Origin: an uncultured virus (IMG/VR IMGVR_UViG_3300010224_000009)
Lineage: Duplodnaviria > Heunggongvirae > Uroviricota > Caudoviricetes
Length of the DNA stretch: 64,000 nt
Strand: one strand, 5' to 3'
IMG/VR virus record: IMGVR_UViG_3300010224_000009
Part shown: in pieces, positions 7,942-18,092 of the stretch
How the letters are laid out: every line of letters begins with the position of its first letter
Numbering within the stretch: position 1 is the stretch's first letter
Notes under the pieces: model-generated
What the model was told of the DNA's origin: nothing
Seen by the model: the letters and a program-made list of their open reading frames with translations, nothing else
Database searches by the model: none
Made by a program: the position numbers and the translations under genes

Positions 7942-8425
7942 ATGGACACCTTTCATCTCTGCCAGCCTGCTCGACAAGAGCTTGTCCCCACGAACAATTT
8001 CGTTGCTGCTGGCGGCGGCAATGACGGCGGCTCAACGACCAACATTCCGTTCGAGGTCTCTTCCTCGTTCACGGGCGGTTCCGACGCCGGTGAGNNNNNN
8101 NNNNNNNNNNNNNNNNNNNNNNNNNNNNNNNNNNNNNNNNTCCGACGACGGTGAGGCTGTCTGGACTTATGCCGCAACGCAGAAGTTCACCATTCCGGCC
8201 AACTTTGTCAATTCCCGCGCCGCTGTCGACCCCGATACGTTCAACGGCTCGTTCCGGATCATGCTGAACGGTGTGCAGATCGGCACGGTCAGCTTCGTCA
8301 ATGGCGTCGAGAGCTTCACCGGCGCTGGCGGCACCGTGGTCCCTGACGACGAGTTGCAGTTGGTGGCCAATTCGGCCTACGACTTCACCAGCATGTCGAT
8401 TTCCCTCCGTGGAGTGCGCGCCTGA
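7942..8425 (+). CDS. putative virion/fibre-associated protein spanning an N gap
   Basis: 5' part (7942 frame) and 3' part (ending 8425) joined across Ns 8095-8140, whose flanks are near-identical. Confidence 0.6.
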
Positions 8426-8862
8426 TGCTGACCTCCGTTCCGGCGGTCGCGTCCGCCATGGCCAATGCTGCTGCCTCGAAGGCTGAAGAAGGCAACCTGC
8501 TGGCCAATTCTCGGATCGTTCTATACGCTGGCCCGGTTCCAGGAAACGCTCAGTCTGCTCTCGTTGGGGCCAACACCGTCCTTGCGACGATCAATTTGGA
8601 CGCCACAAACCCGTTCCAAGCGGCAGAAATTGACACCGACATGCGTGTGGCCGAATGTCTGGCCACCAATATCCCGGACACCCCGGCCTCGGCAAACGGC
8701 ACGGTGACCTTCTATCGTCAGTTCAACCGCAACAACGAGGTCATTTGGCAAGGCATTGTCACTGGCCCGGACGACGGCGGCGATCTCACCTTGACCAGCG
8801 TCAACGTCATAGCAGACGTTAACGTTATCTTGCAGCGGTACTCAATCCGCGTGCCGTACTAA
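8425..8862 (+). CDS. ~140-aa fibre-subunit paralog 1
   Basis: Shared pattern lYaG..P.nA..al....LatI.l....F..A...........A.A.Gt.tFyR.......v.wqG.V.....GGD..l.svn....v.v. Confidence 0.75.
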   Translation: MLTSVPAVASAMANAAASKAEEGNLLANSRIVLYAGPVPGNAQSALVGANTVLATINLDATNPFQAAEIDTDMRVAECLATNIPDTPASANGTVTFYRQFNRNNEVIWQGIVTGPDDGGDLTLTSVNVIADVNVILQRYSIRVPY

Positions 8863-8873
8863 GAGGAAAACCA

Positions 8874-9308
8874 ATGACAATCACCACTTCTGTCGAAGTC
8901 GCCATTGCCGAACTCGACGCAGTTGTCGATCGTGCCGACAGCGGCACCACCAACCCTTCCGCCCGCTTCACGATCTATGCTGGAGCAATGCCTGCCAACG
9001 CCCGCGCGCCGCTTGGCGATGCCACCGCCCTTGTGACCATTGCCATGGGAAATCCAGCTTTTGGTGATGCAGCCGACAACGCTGCTGCAAGCGCTGCTGA
9101 GGCTCTGGCCAACGCTATCGCCGACACTCCGGCTCTCGCTACCGGCACGGCCAGCTTCTATCGCCTCGTGGATCGTGACGAAACTGTGCTCTGGCAGGGC
9201 ACCGTGACCGAACCGAACCAAGGCGGCGACATGGAAGTTTCCGCGATCAACGTCGTGACCGGCGTCAACATCGTCGTGCAGTCGTTCGCGATGCGCGCTC
9301 CCTACTAA
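8874..9308 (+). CDS. ~140-aa fibre-subunit paralog 2
   Basis: Same motif pattern as 8425. Confidence 0.75.
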   Translation: MTITTSVEVAIAELDAVVDRADSGTTNPSARFTIYAGAMPANARAPLGDATALVTIAMGNPAFGDAADNAAASAAEALANAIADTPALATGTASFYRLVDRDETVLWQGTVTEPNQGGDMEVSAINVVTGVNIVVQSFAMRAPY

Positions 9309-9321
9309 GGGTCTTCAATAA

Positions 9322-10887
9322 ATGGCAACGAAAGTCAACTTCGTCCACATGCTCGGCAACACAGCGCCGTATCTACGGACGCTAAAGTTCACCGACAATG
9401 CGCCTTCGGTGGTCAACCTACCGGCGCAGGCTGGCGGAGTTTTCGATCCTGCCGCCATCGCCATTTCGCCAGACGGCAAGTGGCATCTTTCCGCGATCAA
9501 AACGTCGTCCACGACCCCGCTGCGCTTGTGGATCATGGACGACAACTTCAATTTCGTTGTCGACACGGCGCTGGCTGGTTCGCCGCTACCGCTGGCTGCG
9601 ACTGTCAATGCAATATGCTGGCTGACCAACAATCACATTCTGGTCAGCGATGCAGTCAATGGCCTTTGGGGCGGCGTCGTCGACCGCGTCAATAAGACTA
9701 TTGCCTGGACCCGCATAAACACGGACATTGGCAGCAATATGCTGAGGAATGTCTCTCCGGACGGCAGTTTGGCCTTGTGGGCAGGCAAAACGTCGTCACA
9801 ATATTATCGGTTCATTAAGCGTACCGACGACACCTTCGCTGTTGTTGGTGTGAACAATGGCCCCGGCAACAACGGCCTCGGCGTCAAGATAGAATACAGC
9901 CCGGCTAATTCTACTATCCATGCCGCCCGCACCGGCTCGAACGCCTCCACGTTCTTCAATTATGCTGTTGATGATGCGACGCTCGGTGACGCAACGCCTT
10001 CAATGATCGCAAGCGGCGTCGTCATGGCGGCTAACACCAGTTCCGTTCTTTATGGTCCGGGCAGCGCGGTCACTTACAATGGCACGGTCGCCCGCGTTTC
10101 TCCTGACGGGCTGCATCTGATCTATGGCATTAAGGAAGACGCAGCTTTCTATCTGCGCTCCTACCTGCGGACCTCTCAGGAAGACACATCGCCGGTCATC
10201 TTTGGTCGCAGCGGTTTGATCTCTGCCAACAATCTCCTACCGACCTACATGTCGGACGCGGTGTTCGCCAACAATGACATTCTGCTCATTGCGCCTGCGG
10301 TCAACACTCAAGGCCAAGGTCGCGTGCGCGGTTTTAAGCGCACCGTCGGCAGCCCAGACTTTGAGGAAATTCCTGCAATCGCGGCGTTGTTCAACGACTG
10401 GTCGACGGTTGTCAGCTACTTTGAAGTTTCCAAAGAGTTCGTGCTTGGGACTTCGTCGAAGCTTTACAACGGCGCACCGGCAGCTTTCGTCGGCCGCACT
10501 GCTGACCTGAATAATCTCAAGATCGCGCTGCTCTCGCCCGCCGCCGCCTTCGATCAGACTGACACCAGCCTTGCAGAAGTGCTTGGGGTCAACGAGGTCT
10601 ATGGGTCGTCATGGCCGCAGGGCGGTATCGATGTCGGTGACGGCGGTTATGCCCCGACTGGCAATCCGGACGAGTACGCCTTCACGGCTACCGTGCCGCC
10701 TTTCGACCTTGCCGCCGCTGGCTCGATCACCTTCCGCTATGCAGTGATCTATGACAACAGCGACGCCAACAAGCGCCCGCTGGTATGGATCGACTTTGGA
10801 GAAACCAAGACGGCTTCTCAGTTGGACCGCATGCAGATTGCGTCCGCTAATAGCGCCGTTGCGATCTTCAAGGTTGCTAATCCATAA
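9322..10887 (+). CDS. beta-propeller protein with C-terminal virion-type domain (putative receptor-binding tip)
   Basis: Repeated (I/V)SPDG blades; C-terminus LKIALL..AAAFD.TDT...EV.G..WP.GG...RYAVIY...PLV.IDF shared with 13091. Confidence 0.65.
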   Translation: MATKVNFVHMLGNTAPYLRTLKFTDNAPSVVNLPAQAGGVFDPAAIAISPDGKWHLSAIKTSSTTPLRLWIMDDNFNFVVDTALAGSPLPLAATVNAICWLTNNHILVSDAVNGLWGGVVDRVNKTIAWTRINTDIGSNMLRNVSPDGSLALWAGKTSSQYYRFIKRTDDTFAVVGVNNGPGNNGLGVKIEYSPANSTIHAARTGSNASTFFNYAVDDATLGDATPSMIASGVVMAANTSSVLYGPGSAVTYNGTVARVSPDGLHLIYGIKEDAAFYLRSYLRTSQEDTSPVIFGRSGLISANNLLPTYMSDAVFANNDILLIAPAVNTQGQGRVRGFKRTVGSPDFEEIPAIAALFNDWSTVVSYFEVSKEFVLGTSSKLYNGAPAAFVGRTADLNNLKIALLSPAAAFDQTDTSLAEVLGVNEVYGSSWPQGGIDVGDGGYAPTGNPDEYAFTATVPPFDLAAAGSITFRYAVIYDNSDANKRPLVWIDFGETKTASQLDRMQIASANSAVAIFKVANP

Positions 10888-11717
10888 TGTCAGATTTTGA
10901 CTTTTCGCCCGCTCAGATAACTGGAAAAGCTGCCACGTTCAGCTTTTCTACGAGCGTGGCCGAAGTCCTGACAATCAATGCAGTCAGCAAGCTGCCAGCC
11001 AATCGGTTGCAGTCCAAGACGCAGTTTGGCCTTGCCGTCAATGCAAGGTCGACGCTGCCACGGCTGCAGTCCAAGACGCAGTTCGGCATCGCCGTCAATG
11101 CGAAAAGCAAGTTGCCCCGGCTGCAATCCAAGACGCAGTTTGGTATTGCGATCAATGCCGTTGGCAAGCTGCCCCGGCTGCAATCCAAGGCAATGATCAC
11201 CAAGAAGGAGTTCAAGGACAAGTACCTGTTCTTGTCTCCGGCACGCGGCACGGCCTCGTCCGTAACGTTCACGTTCACCAAGCCTGCCATCAGCGGCCTC
11301 ATTGCGCGATCATATTTGCCGCGCATTCAGAGCCGCGCCGTTCTTACCCCGCCGCAGAACATAAACTCTATTTCGGTCCTCCCAAGACTGACTTCTGCGA
11401 CAGATGTGTATGTTCCGTTTGCGATCGTGGCAAATCAAGAGTTGCCGCGCCTCCAATCGTTCACGCGCATCCTTATTCCGCCGATCACAATTGTCGGCCA
11501 ATCCCCATTGCCCCGGCTCCAATCGCAGGCAACGGTGCAGGTGCCATACATCATGGTCGCCAAGGCCCGGTTCCGGTTGTTCTCGGCTGGCAGCATGAAT
11601 GTCAGCGTCAACGCCGTAGGCGATGGCTACTTTGGGGCGCTTCAATCCGACGGCTTGGCGGTCGTTGATGGTGAAATCACAAAGCGTCGTCGGCGCACTT
11701 CAACCAGTGTGAACTGA
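10887..11717 (+). CDS. repeat protein (LPRLQS repeats), putative fibre scaffold
   Basis: About 8-10 repeats of 19-22 aa. Confidence 0.7.
   Translation: MSDFDFSPAQITGKAATFSFSTSVAEVLTINAVSKLPANRLQSKTQFGLAVNARSTLPRLQSKTQFGIAVNAKSKLPRLQSKTQFGIAINAVGKLPRLQSKAMITKKEFKDKYLFLSPARGTASSVTFTFTKPAISGLIARSYLPRIQSRAVLTPPQNINSISVLPRLTSATDVYVPFAIVANQELPRLQSFTRILIPPITIVGQSPLPRLQSQATVQVPYIMVAKARFRLFSAGSMNVSVNAVGDGYFGALQSDGLAVVDGEITKRRRRTSTSVN
10975..11190 (+). repeat. 57-bp tandem coding repeat, ~4 copies
   Basis: tgca(g/a)tccaag at 11008, 11065, 11122, 11179. Confidence 0.85.
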
Positions 11718-11784
11718 CAACTTCGCACTTGTCCGTTGGCCAGTCTGTGCCGTAATATGCCGCCAATTGTAGCGGTCGGACCCC

Positions 11785-12222
11785 ATGATTGGCTTAGCTT
11801 ACCTCGTCGCAGAAGACATGCTTGACCTGCTTAACGAGAAGTTAGGCGAGAAGGCGGTCGTGCGTTTTTATTCAGGGACGCGGCCCGCTTTTGCTCATGA
11901 CGCTATTCCTTCCGCCACCTTTCTTGGTCAGGTTGCTTTCTCTGAGTTACCGTTCCAACATGCAATTCTGCTGAATGGTGCGGTGGTGCTCTACTTGAAC
12001 AATCTGCCCGCGCCGGGTACGGTGATCAATACTGGTGTCGCTGATTTCTTCCGCGCCTACGGTGGCGACGGCACGGATCAGGGACCAAATAGCGGTCAAG
12101 TCATTATGGACGGCTCTGTGTCGAACATGGATGGCTCCGGCGACTGCAAACTTCTCGACACTTCGCTGATCGCTGGTCAGCAAATCAATCTTATGTCTTG
12201 GCAGATCAGCCTGCCGCTTTAA
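11785..12222 (+). CDS. ~140-aa fibre-subunit paralog 3
   Basis: FYSGTRPA...TGVADFFR...DGSV....GSGDCKL. Confidence 0.7.
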   Translation: MIGLAYLVAEDMLDLLNEKLGEKAVVRFYSGTRPAFAHDAIPSATFLGQVAFSELPFQHAILLNGAVVLYLNNLPAPGTVINTGVADFFRAYGGDGTDQGPNSGQVIMDGSVSNMDGSGDCKLLDTSLIAGQQINLMSWQISLPL

Positions 12223-12232
12223 GGAGATCACA

Positions 12233-12652
12233 ATGGCATCGTATATCTCAGCGGCTGCTGCTATCGCTGCCGTCAACGCAATGACAGCGCTCGTCAATGC
12301 GAACGGCCCCGGCAAGCTCCAGATTTTCGGCGGTGCCATGCCTGCCAATGCGGACGCCGCGCTCAGCGGTCAGCCGTTGCTGGCTGAGTTCCCGCTTGCC
12401 GCTGACGCCTTCCAGGACGCCTCCGACACGATCAATGGCGCTGTTACGCAGGCCAATCCGGTCACGGCTCAGGACGCTGCTGCGACCGGAAATGCCACTT
12501 GGGGACGGGTCGTCGATGGCGACGACAACACCGTGTTCCTTGGGGACGTTTCCACCCCGGCAGGCAACGGCGCAATCAAGATTTCTTCCGTTGCCCTGAC
12601 GCTCGGCGTCGAGGTTTCGGTGATCTCGCTCACCTACACGCAGCCGAAGTAA
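12233..12652 (+). CDS. ~140-aa fibre-subunit paralog 4
   Basis: IFGGAMPANADAAL...ATGNATWGR...GDV. Confidence 0.75.
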   Translation: MASYISAAAAIAAVNAMTALVNANGPGKLQIFGGAMPANADAALSGQPLLAEFPLAADAFQDASDTINGAVTQANPVTAQDAAATGNATWGRVVDGDDNTVFLGDVSTPAGNGAIKISSVALTLGVEVSVISLTYTQPK

Positions 12653-12664
12653 TCGGAGCCAACG

Positions 12665-13081
12665 ATGGAACTTTCATCCCTCGCAGCTATCGCCGCTGCA
12701 AATGCTGTTGCCGATCTGACCGACGCTGGCGCGGGGACACAGACGCTTGTCGTCTATGCTGGCACCAAACCGGCATCCGCTGACACGGCGCTGACCGATC
12801 AGGTTGCGCTGATCACGTTCAATCTGCCCGAGCCTGCCTTCGCAGAAGCTGCCGACGACGGCACTCAAGCCAAGGCGGTGCTGAACGCTGTTGCGCCGGT
12901 CGAAGCTGCTGCCACGGGCACGGCCTCGTTCTTCCGCATCATCAATGGCAACGGCGCTGTATTGATCCAGGGAACGTGCTCTGGCACTTCTGGCTCTGGC
13001 GACGTAAAGCTGAACTCCACTGCCATTCAGGCTGGCGTTCAGTCGACGGTCATTTCGTTCTCCTTCTCGCAGCCGAAATAA
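12665..13081 (+). CDS. ~140-aa fibre-subunit paralog 5
   Basis: VYAGTKPASADTAL...ATGTASFFR...QGTC...GSGDVKL. Confidence 0.75.
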   Translation: MELSSLAAIAAANAVADLTDAGAGTQTLVVYAGTKPASADTALTDQVALITFNLPEPAFAEAADDGTQAKAVLNAVAPVEAAATGTASFFRIINGNGAVLIQGTCSGTSGSGDVKLNSTAIQAGVQSTVISFSFSQPK

Positions 13082-13090
13082 GGGTGCTAT

Positions 13091-14545
13091 ATGCCCGTCG
13101 GAAATCCGCTTCTCGCCGTATGGAACAGCGCTGCTGAACTGCGATCGTACGAATACTCTGACGGAGTGTTCGTGCAGGTCGGCTTGCTGAGCTCGTTCCC
13201 GCATCTGGCTGACAGCGGACAGGTTGCCTCGGGCGCATATCCTTATCCCAATTTCGCATGGGATTGGGACGACAACTTTCTGATCGCCTCGCGGATCAAC
13301 GAGGAAGGCCAGCGGGTCGCGGTCACGCTGAACCCGCAACTACAGACCGTCGCGGCGGAAAGCACGCTCAACACTTCCACGACGCCTGCTGCCGTCAACG
13401 GTGGCTTTGGTTTCAATGCTGCATTCCATGAAATTTACTTCCATGGCCTTGCTTCTGAAAGCGGCATAAGAACTCAGCATATTTCCAACACTGGCGCACG
13501 GTCTTATATCCAGGCAAGTGCCACCAGCACCGCTTACACTTCAGAGATTGAAGTTTCTCCAAACGGTCAGTTTCTGTTCTATGCCCTGAGCACGGGCGCG
13601 CCCCAAGCTGCCGACATTAAGATCAGGTCTCGCACGGACGACAACAGCTTCGTCGATCTTGACGTACCGGCACTGACGCTCAAGCCGCATATGATCCGCG
13701 CCATTGCGAACAATCGCGGCGTGATTTTCATCGATAAGAACGCCAATGCCGCCAAGGTCTATGCACGGCTCGACGGCGAGTTCCAGTTCATGCACGACCT
13801 GGAACTTCCGGCTGGTGTTCCGGCTGCTGCCGCTGCTTCTCAGGATGGACAATGGCTTGTGATCTCTTGCGTGCAGGGATCGACCTATATTTCACGCGTG
13901 TTCCAGCGCAAGGGTGACTTCTTTGCGTTCTACACTGATATTGCATCGTTCGGCAAACTGCTTTCTTTCAGCGCTGACAGCCTGCTTTTGGTTGATGCTG
14001 GTCTGCGCAAGGCTCGCAAGCTCGACGGAGGCGTTTTCAACAACGCTGACGCGGCTATGGTCAATCTACCTGAGCTTGTCGTGGCTCAGGCGCTTAGCCG
14101 GGGCCGCGCGGGGCCTACTGGTAACGGCTGGCTTTACAATGCTGCGGTTCAGCCGCTGGCAGAAGCCACGATAGACCTTGACGACCTTAAACTTACCCTT
14201 TTGGGGGCATCTGCGGCCTTCGACCCCACCGATACGACCATTTCTGAGGTGACTTCTGGCGGCGCAAACGAGGTCGCGGGTGGCGACTGGCCTGCCGGTG
14301 GCCTGCCCTTAACCAACGTAACAGCCGGTATCACTGCTGCTGGCATATACGATCTCAGAGCGGACCCAATCGCGCATATGGTGATGAGCTCTTCACTTTC
14401 AGCGCGGTTTGCTGTGATCTATATTGCCAGCAGTGGCATCCCGCTGGTCAACATCGACTTCCAGACCTTGCGCACGATCCCGGCTGGACGCGAGGCATTG
14501 TTCACGTTTATTGACGACGGGGCCTTCCTCCGATACCAGAATTGA
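13091..14545 (+). CDS. beta-propeller protein with C-terminal virion-type domain (paralog of 9322)
   Basis: VSPNG, SQDG, SADS blades; shared C-terminal domain. Confidence 0.65.
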   Translation: MPVGNPLLAVWNSAAELRSYEYSDGVFVQVGLLSSFPHLADSGQVASGAYPYPNFAWDWDDNFLIASRINEEGQRVAVTLNPQLQTVAAESTLNTSTTPAAVNGGFGFNAAFHEIYFHGLASESGIRTQHISNTGARSYIQASATSTAYTSEIEVSPNGQFLFYALSTGAPQAADIKIRSRTDDNSFVDLDVPALTLKPHMIRAIANNRGVIFIDKNANAAKVYARLDGEFQFMHDLELPAGVPAAAAASQDGQWLVISCVQGSTYISRVFQRKGDFFAFYTDIASFGKLLSFSADSLLLVDAGLRKARKLDGGVFNNADAAMVNLPELVVAQALSRGRAGPTGNGWLYNAAVQPLAEATIDLDDLKLTLLGASAAFDPTDTTISEVTSGGANEVAGGDWPAGGLPLTNVTAGITAAGIYDLRADPIAHMVMSSSLSARFAVIYIASSGIPLVNIDFQTLRTIPAGREALFTFIDDGAFLRYQN

Positions 14546-14555
14546 GGATCGGTAA

Positions 14556-16526
14556 ATGACTGTAGTCCTCAATCCTCTTCCGTTTGATACGTCGCAGTTT
14601 GGCTCCGCAACGATCACCAGTTTTATCCGTTGGCGTAACGACGGTGCATGGCTTTCTGTTCTGCGCGGCACTGCGGCTGTGTTCTTGAAAAAGACTGCCA
14701 CAGACGAATGGAATACTGCAAAGATTGATCATGCGCTGCCTACGATTGCTAGGATCGGCGGCGACTTTCGTAACACAGATTATTCGGTATTCGGCCCGAA
14801 TACGACTGGTGCGATCTCATATGCCAGCTATGATGCAGCCAATGATCGTTATCGTTGGGCGAGTGGCCAGACTATCGCAACGCTATCTTCTAGCGCTGCC
14901 ATTGACATGGACATTTCGCCGGACGGTGCGCATCTTGCCGTCAAGAGTTCTGGCGAATTGTTCGTCTATAATTTGGCGGCTGGCGTCCCGAACCCACCTC
15001 AGATATTTAACATCTCTGGACTTGGGGCGCAAGGTGGACTGAGATATTCTCCTGACGGTCAGTATCTAGCCATTCAGGGCAATTCCGGCGTCCGGCTGTT
15101 GAAGCGTGACGCCGACACATATACTGACATAACCGGATCAGGATGGCCTGTAGCAAGTGGCTCTGTAATTCCTGAATGGAAGCCTGACAGCCAGCAGCTT
15201 TTGTGCCCTACCACGACAGGATATGTCCGGGTATTCGACCGCAACGCTGACGGTACTTTTACGTATCAGTCTTCGAAGGATCTTTATTTCGGCTCTTCCT
15301 CCAGAACATTCCCAAGGTTTATCGGTGCAGAGAACAAATATCTGTTGCTGCTGCCGTTTTCCAGTAGCGGCGCGCCGAAGCTATATTCGGTTAATGGCCT
15401 GAACTTCACGGAAGTTCCAACAGCGATGACCTTCGCTGGCGTAACGTGCTGCGAGGTCTGCCCCACCGACCGAGCTTTGGTGGCGATAGGATTTGCTGCT
15501 ACCGCTGCCGCCCCGAACATGGGCATTTATCGCGTCACGGGCGACGCTACTCTTGACGTTGACGGCGCAGTTGTCAACAAGGCCATGACTGGCGGCGGGC
15601 TGGTCTATCACGGCAACGACACCGACGCTCAGGAAGAAATTCCTATTCGTCCCGGCGTTCTGACGCTGCGCGCCCCGATCGCTTCGATTGAAGAGCAAGT
15701 GGCGGACTACACTGCTATTGTCGGTGCTGTTTCCGCTAAGAAAATGATTGCTGATGGATTGCTCATTAGCGGCATCTCGATCATGTCGGCGAACTTGCGC
15801 GCCAAGCGCATGACCGCAGAAGGTCAGCTTACGGCAGCGGGCACGGTCAGCGGTGATCTTGTCAACAAGAAGATGGTTGCCGACGGCCTCGTGCAATGGA
15901 CGGCATACCAGATCAATGCTTCATTCGTCGGCAAGTCAGGCAAGTTTGAAGGACAGATCGAAACCGTCCTGGGACTTTCCGCTGACTTCGCAGGCAAGAA
16001 AGGCGCACTGCAAAGCACGATCGCAAATGGCAGTGTGTTTTGGGGCGAGTTCGTCGGTAAGAAAGGCTCCCTTGGGGTCGAACTGTATAATCCGTTCCAA
16101 CTTAGCGGTTCTTTCGTCGGGCCAAAGGGCGAGCTCTCCGCATCGCTGGAAGAGTACAAAGGCTCCGTTGTCGCTGAGTTCGTCGGCAAGAAAGGCACGC
16201 TCAATGGCGAAATGTATAACCCCGTCGTGGTTATTGCTGACCTTGTCGGGAAGAAAGGTAGCTTTGCCGCTGATCTCCAAAACCTGCAAGGTATTTCAGC
16301 AAGCTTCGTCGGTCCGAAAGGCTATATGGAAGGCAGGCTCGACCGAGGCCAACGTCTAGACGCGAACTTCCTCGGCAAGCGCGGCACAGTCGGCGGCGAA
16401 TTTTCCGTGAACTACCCGCCGAATGAGGCGTACATTGAAGGCTCGATCAAGAAGATCACTTCCAGCATGACCGCCCGCACCACGCGCAAGGCCGTGCTGA
16501 CATTCATGCGGATTGGCAACACATGA
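14556..16526 (+). CDS. beta-propeller fused to ~22-aa repeat scaffold (FVGKKG / KKM.ADG repeats)
   Basis: ISPDG, YSPDG, WKPDS blades; ~12-13 repeats in the C-terminal half. Confidence 0.7.
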   Translation: MTVVLNPLPFDTSQFGSATITSFIRWRNDGAWLSVLRGTAAVFLKKTATDEWNTAKIDHALPTIARIGGDFRNTDYSVFGPNTTGAISYASYDAANDRYRWASGQTIATLSSSAAIDMDISPDGAHLAVKSSGELFVYNLAAGVPNPPQIFNISGLGAQGGLRYSPDGQYLAIQGNSGVRLLKRDADTYTDITGSGWPVASGSVIPEWKPDSQQLLCPTTTGYVRVFDRNADGTFTYQSSKDLYFGSSSRTFPRFIGAENKYLLLLPFSSSGAPKLYSVNGLNFTEVPTAMTFAGVTCCEVCPTDRALVAIGFAATAAAPNMGIYRVTGDATLDVDGAVVNKAMTGGGLVYHGNDTDAQEEIPIRPGVLTLRAPIASIEEQVADYTAIVGAVSAKKMIADGLLISGISIMSANLRAKRMTAEGQLTAAGTVSGDLVNKKMVADGLVQWTAYQINASFVGKSGKFEGQIETVLGLSADFAGKKGALQSTIANGSVFWGEFVGKKGSLGVELYNPFQLSGSFVGPKGELSASLEEYKGSVVAEFVGKKGTLNGEMYNPVVVIADLVGKKGSFAADLQNLQGISASFVGPKGYMEGRLDRGQRLDANFLGKRGTVGGEFSVNYPPNEAYIEGSIKKITSSMTARTTRKAVLTFMRIGNT

Positions 16527-17536
16527 CCAGCCTACCGATCCTTAATAACCCGTTCATGATCCACCCTCGTCCGGCAGTGGCGGAAGGCGTGCCTTTTGTC
16601 GTGCTCGGTGACGGACAGGTTGCCGACGCTGAGCCGCCCGCATACGGGGTCAGCAGAGGAACCAAGACGGCTCCCTTTCAGCAGCCGCTCGCCTTTGCAC
16701 GCAGCAATGCAGGCCGCGTCGTTTATGCAACCGAAGAGGCACAGAAAACGTTTGTAGCCTCAGACGACCGCGCGACTATGTTCAGGGTGGCAGAACCAAT
16801 ATCTGGTTACTCCGGGAAATGTGAGCGCCTGCATTGGGTGGAGGAGTATGGGCTGTTCATAGGTCAGTCGGCCAAGGGTTCTTCCCATGCTGTCTTGACC
16901 GGATCGGCAGACGGCTCTAACTGGCAGGCTGCTGTTCCCGGAGACCAGTATCAGAAAGCGCATTCGGGGTTTGCGTTTTCCCCTAAGCTTAGGCGCGCGG
17001 TCGTCATGCTTGAAGGCGATGGAGAGAATACCATCGTATTCAACGGCGCGCAATGGTATCCTGGGATTACTCCAGATAACGGTGGAAATTCGGTTGTATG
17101 GAGCGCCAAGCTTGAGCGCTTCTTCACGTTCGACCCAGACACACTGCAAATCTGGCAGTCGGTGGATGGATTTAATTGGCTGAACTATACCTACAACGTT
17201 CCAGCCTCAGTAGGGTATGCCGCAGGGAGTTTCGCAGCTTACACAATTCCTCTCGAGAATGGCGGCGAACGCATCCTTCTTTTCGCCAAACCCACCAAAA
17301 CATCGGAGGTATCATCCGCATGGTTTTCTGACGACGGTCTGGCTACTTGGACCGCCGCTCAGGGCCTGGAAAACACTGGCGCTGTTACGAGGTATGTTGC
17401 ACTGAACGGCAATGCCGTTTATGTTGCTTTTACCGCTGAACTCAATAAGGGCATGATCTCTAGGGATTACGGCTCGACGTGGGAGCGATCTGACCATCTC
17501 TCCGGTAACGCTTGCGGCGTTATCGCTCTCTCGTGA
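16523..17536 (+). CDS. Asp-box (BNR) beta-propeller protein
   Basis: SADGSNW, SVDGFNW, SDDGLATW, SRDYGSTW = S.D.G.TW Asp boxes. Confidence 0.7.
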   Translation: MTSLPILNNPFMIHPRPAVAEGVPFVVLGDGQVADAEPPAYGVSRGTKTAPFQQPLAFARSNAGRVVYATEEAQKTFVASDDRATMFRVAEPISGYSGKCERLHWVEEYGLFIGQSAKGSSHAVLTGSADGSNWQAAVPGDQYQKAHSGFAFSPKLRRAVVMLEGDGENTIVFNGAQWYPGITPDNGGNSVVWSAKLERFFTFDPDTLQIWQSVDGFNWLNYTYNVPASVGYAAGSFAAYTIPLENGGERILLFAKPTKTSEVSSAWFSDDGLATWTAAQGLENTGAVTRYVALNGNAVYVAFTAELNKGMISRDYGSTWERSDHLSGNACGVIALS

Positions 17537-17544
17537 GGATCAAT

Positions 17545-18087
17545 ATGAAGGCCGATGTTTCGCCTCGGGTCATGATACCTGTGCAGTTGAAACGTCAGCG
17601 GCATATCCCGGCACAGCCAAAGCATAGATCGGACACTTCAATGATCGTAGTGCGCATGGCAACCGGAGTGCGGAAGCATTTCCATATTCGAGCGACGGAA
17701 TGGGTGATGTTGTTCCCCTCAGTCGCACTTGGCGCTGCCATGATTTATCAACAGAACATGTTCGCAACGTCGCCTTCGTTCCGTGTTCTGGCTCAGTGGG
17801 GCACAGAAGCCTCATGGTCTCTTATCGTACTTATCTGCGCTTTGATACGCTTGGCAGCGCTCGGCGTCAATGGTACATTCCAAGGGTTCGGTATCTCGCC
17901 GCATATGAGACTGATCGCCTCATTCGCAGGAATGATGTTTTGGTCTCAATTCAGCCTGGGATTTCTGATAGCGTCGTTGACGGGGACCGCCTCGTTTTCG
18001 GCTCCTGTTGCATACTCGACGTTCTGCTTCATGGAAATCCTAAACATTTCGAGATCATGGGCAGACGTTACCGCTAGAAGGCGATAA
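17545..18087 (+). CDS. multi-pass membrane protein, holin candidate
   Basis: About 4 hydrophobic segments; GAGG RBS. Confidence 0.55.
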   Translation: MKADVSPRVMIPVQLKRQRHIPAQPKHRSDTSMIVVRMATGVRKHFHIRATEWVMLFPSVALGAAMIYQQNMFATSPSFRVLAQWGTEASWSLIVLICALIRLAALGVNGTFQGFGISPHMRLIASFAGMMFWSQFSLGFLIASLTGTASFSAPVAYSTFCFMEILNISRSWADVTARRR

Positions 18088-18092
18088 CATAA

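Noticed and set aside
8080..8155. Apparent frameshift or duplication in the 7942-8425 gene
   Set aside because: It coincides with a 46-N scaffold gap with near-identical flanks (tccgacgccggtgag / tccgacgacggtgag), so it is most likely an assembly artefact. The gaps at 18483 and 24544 are treated the same way.
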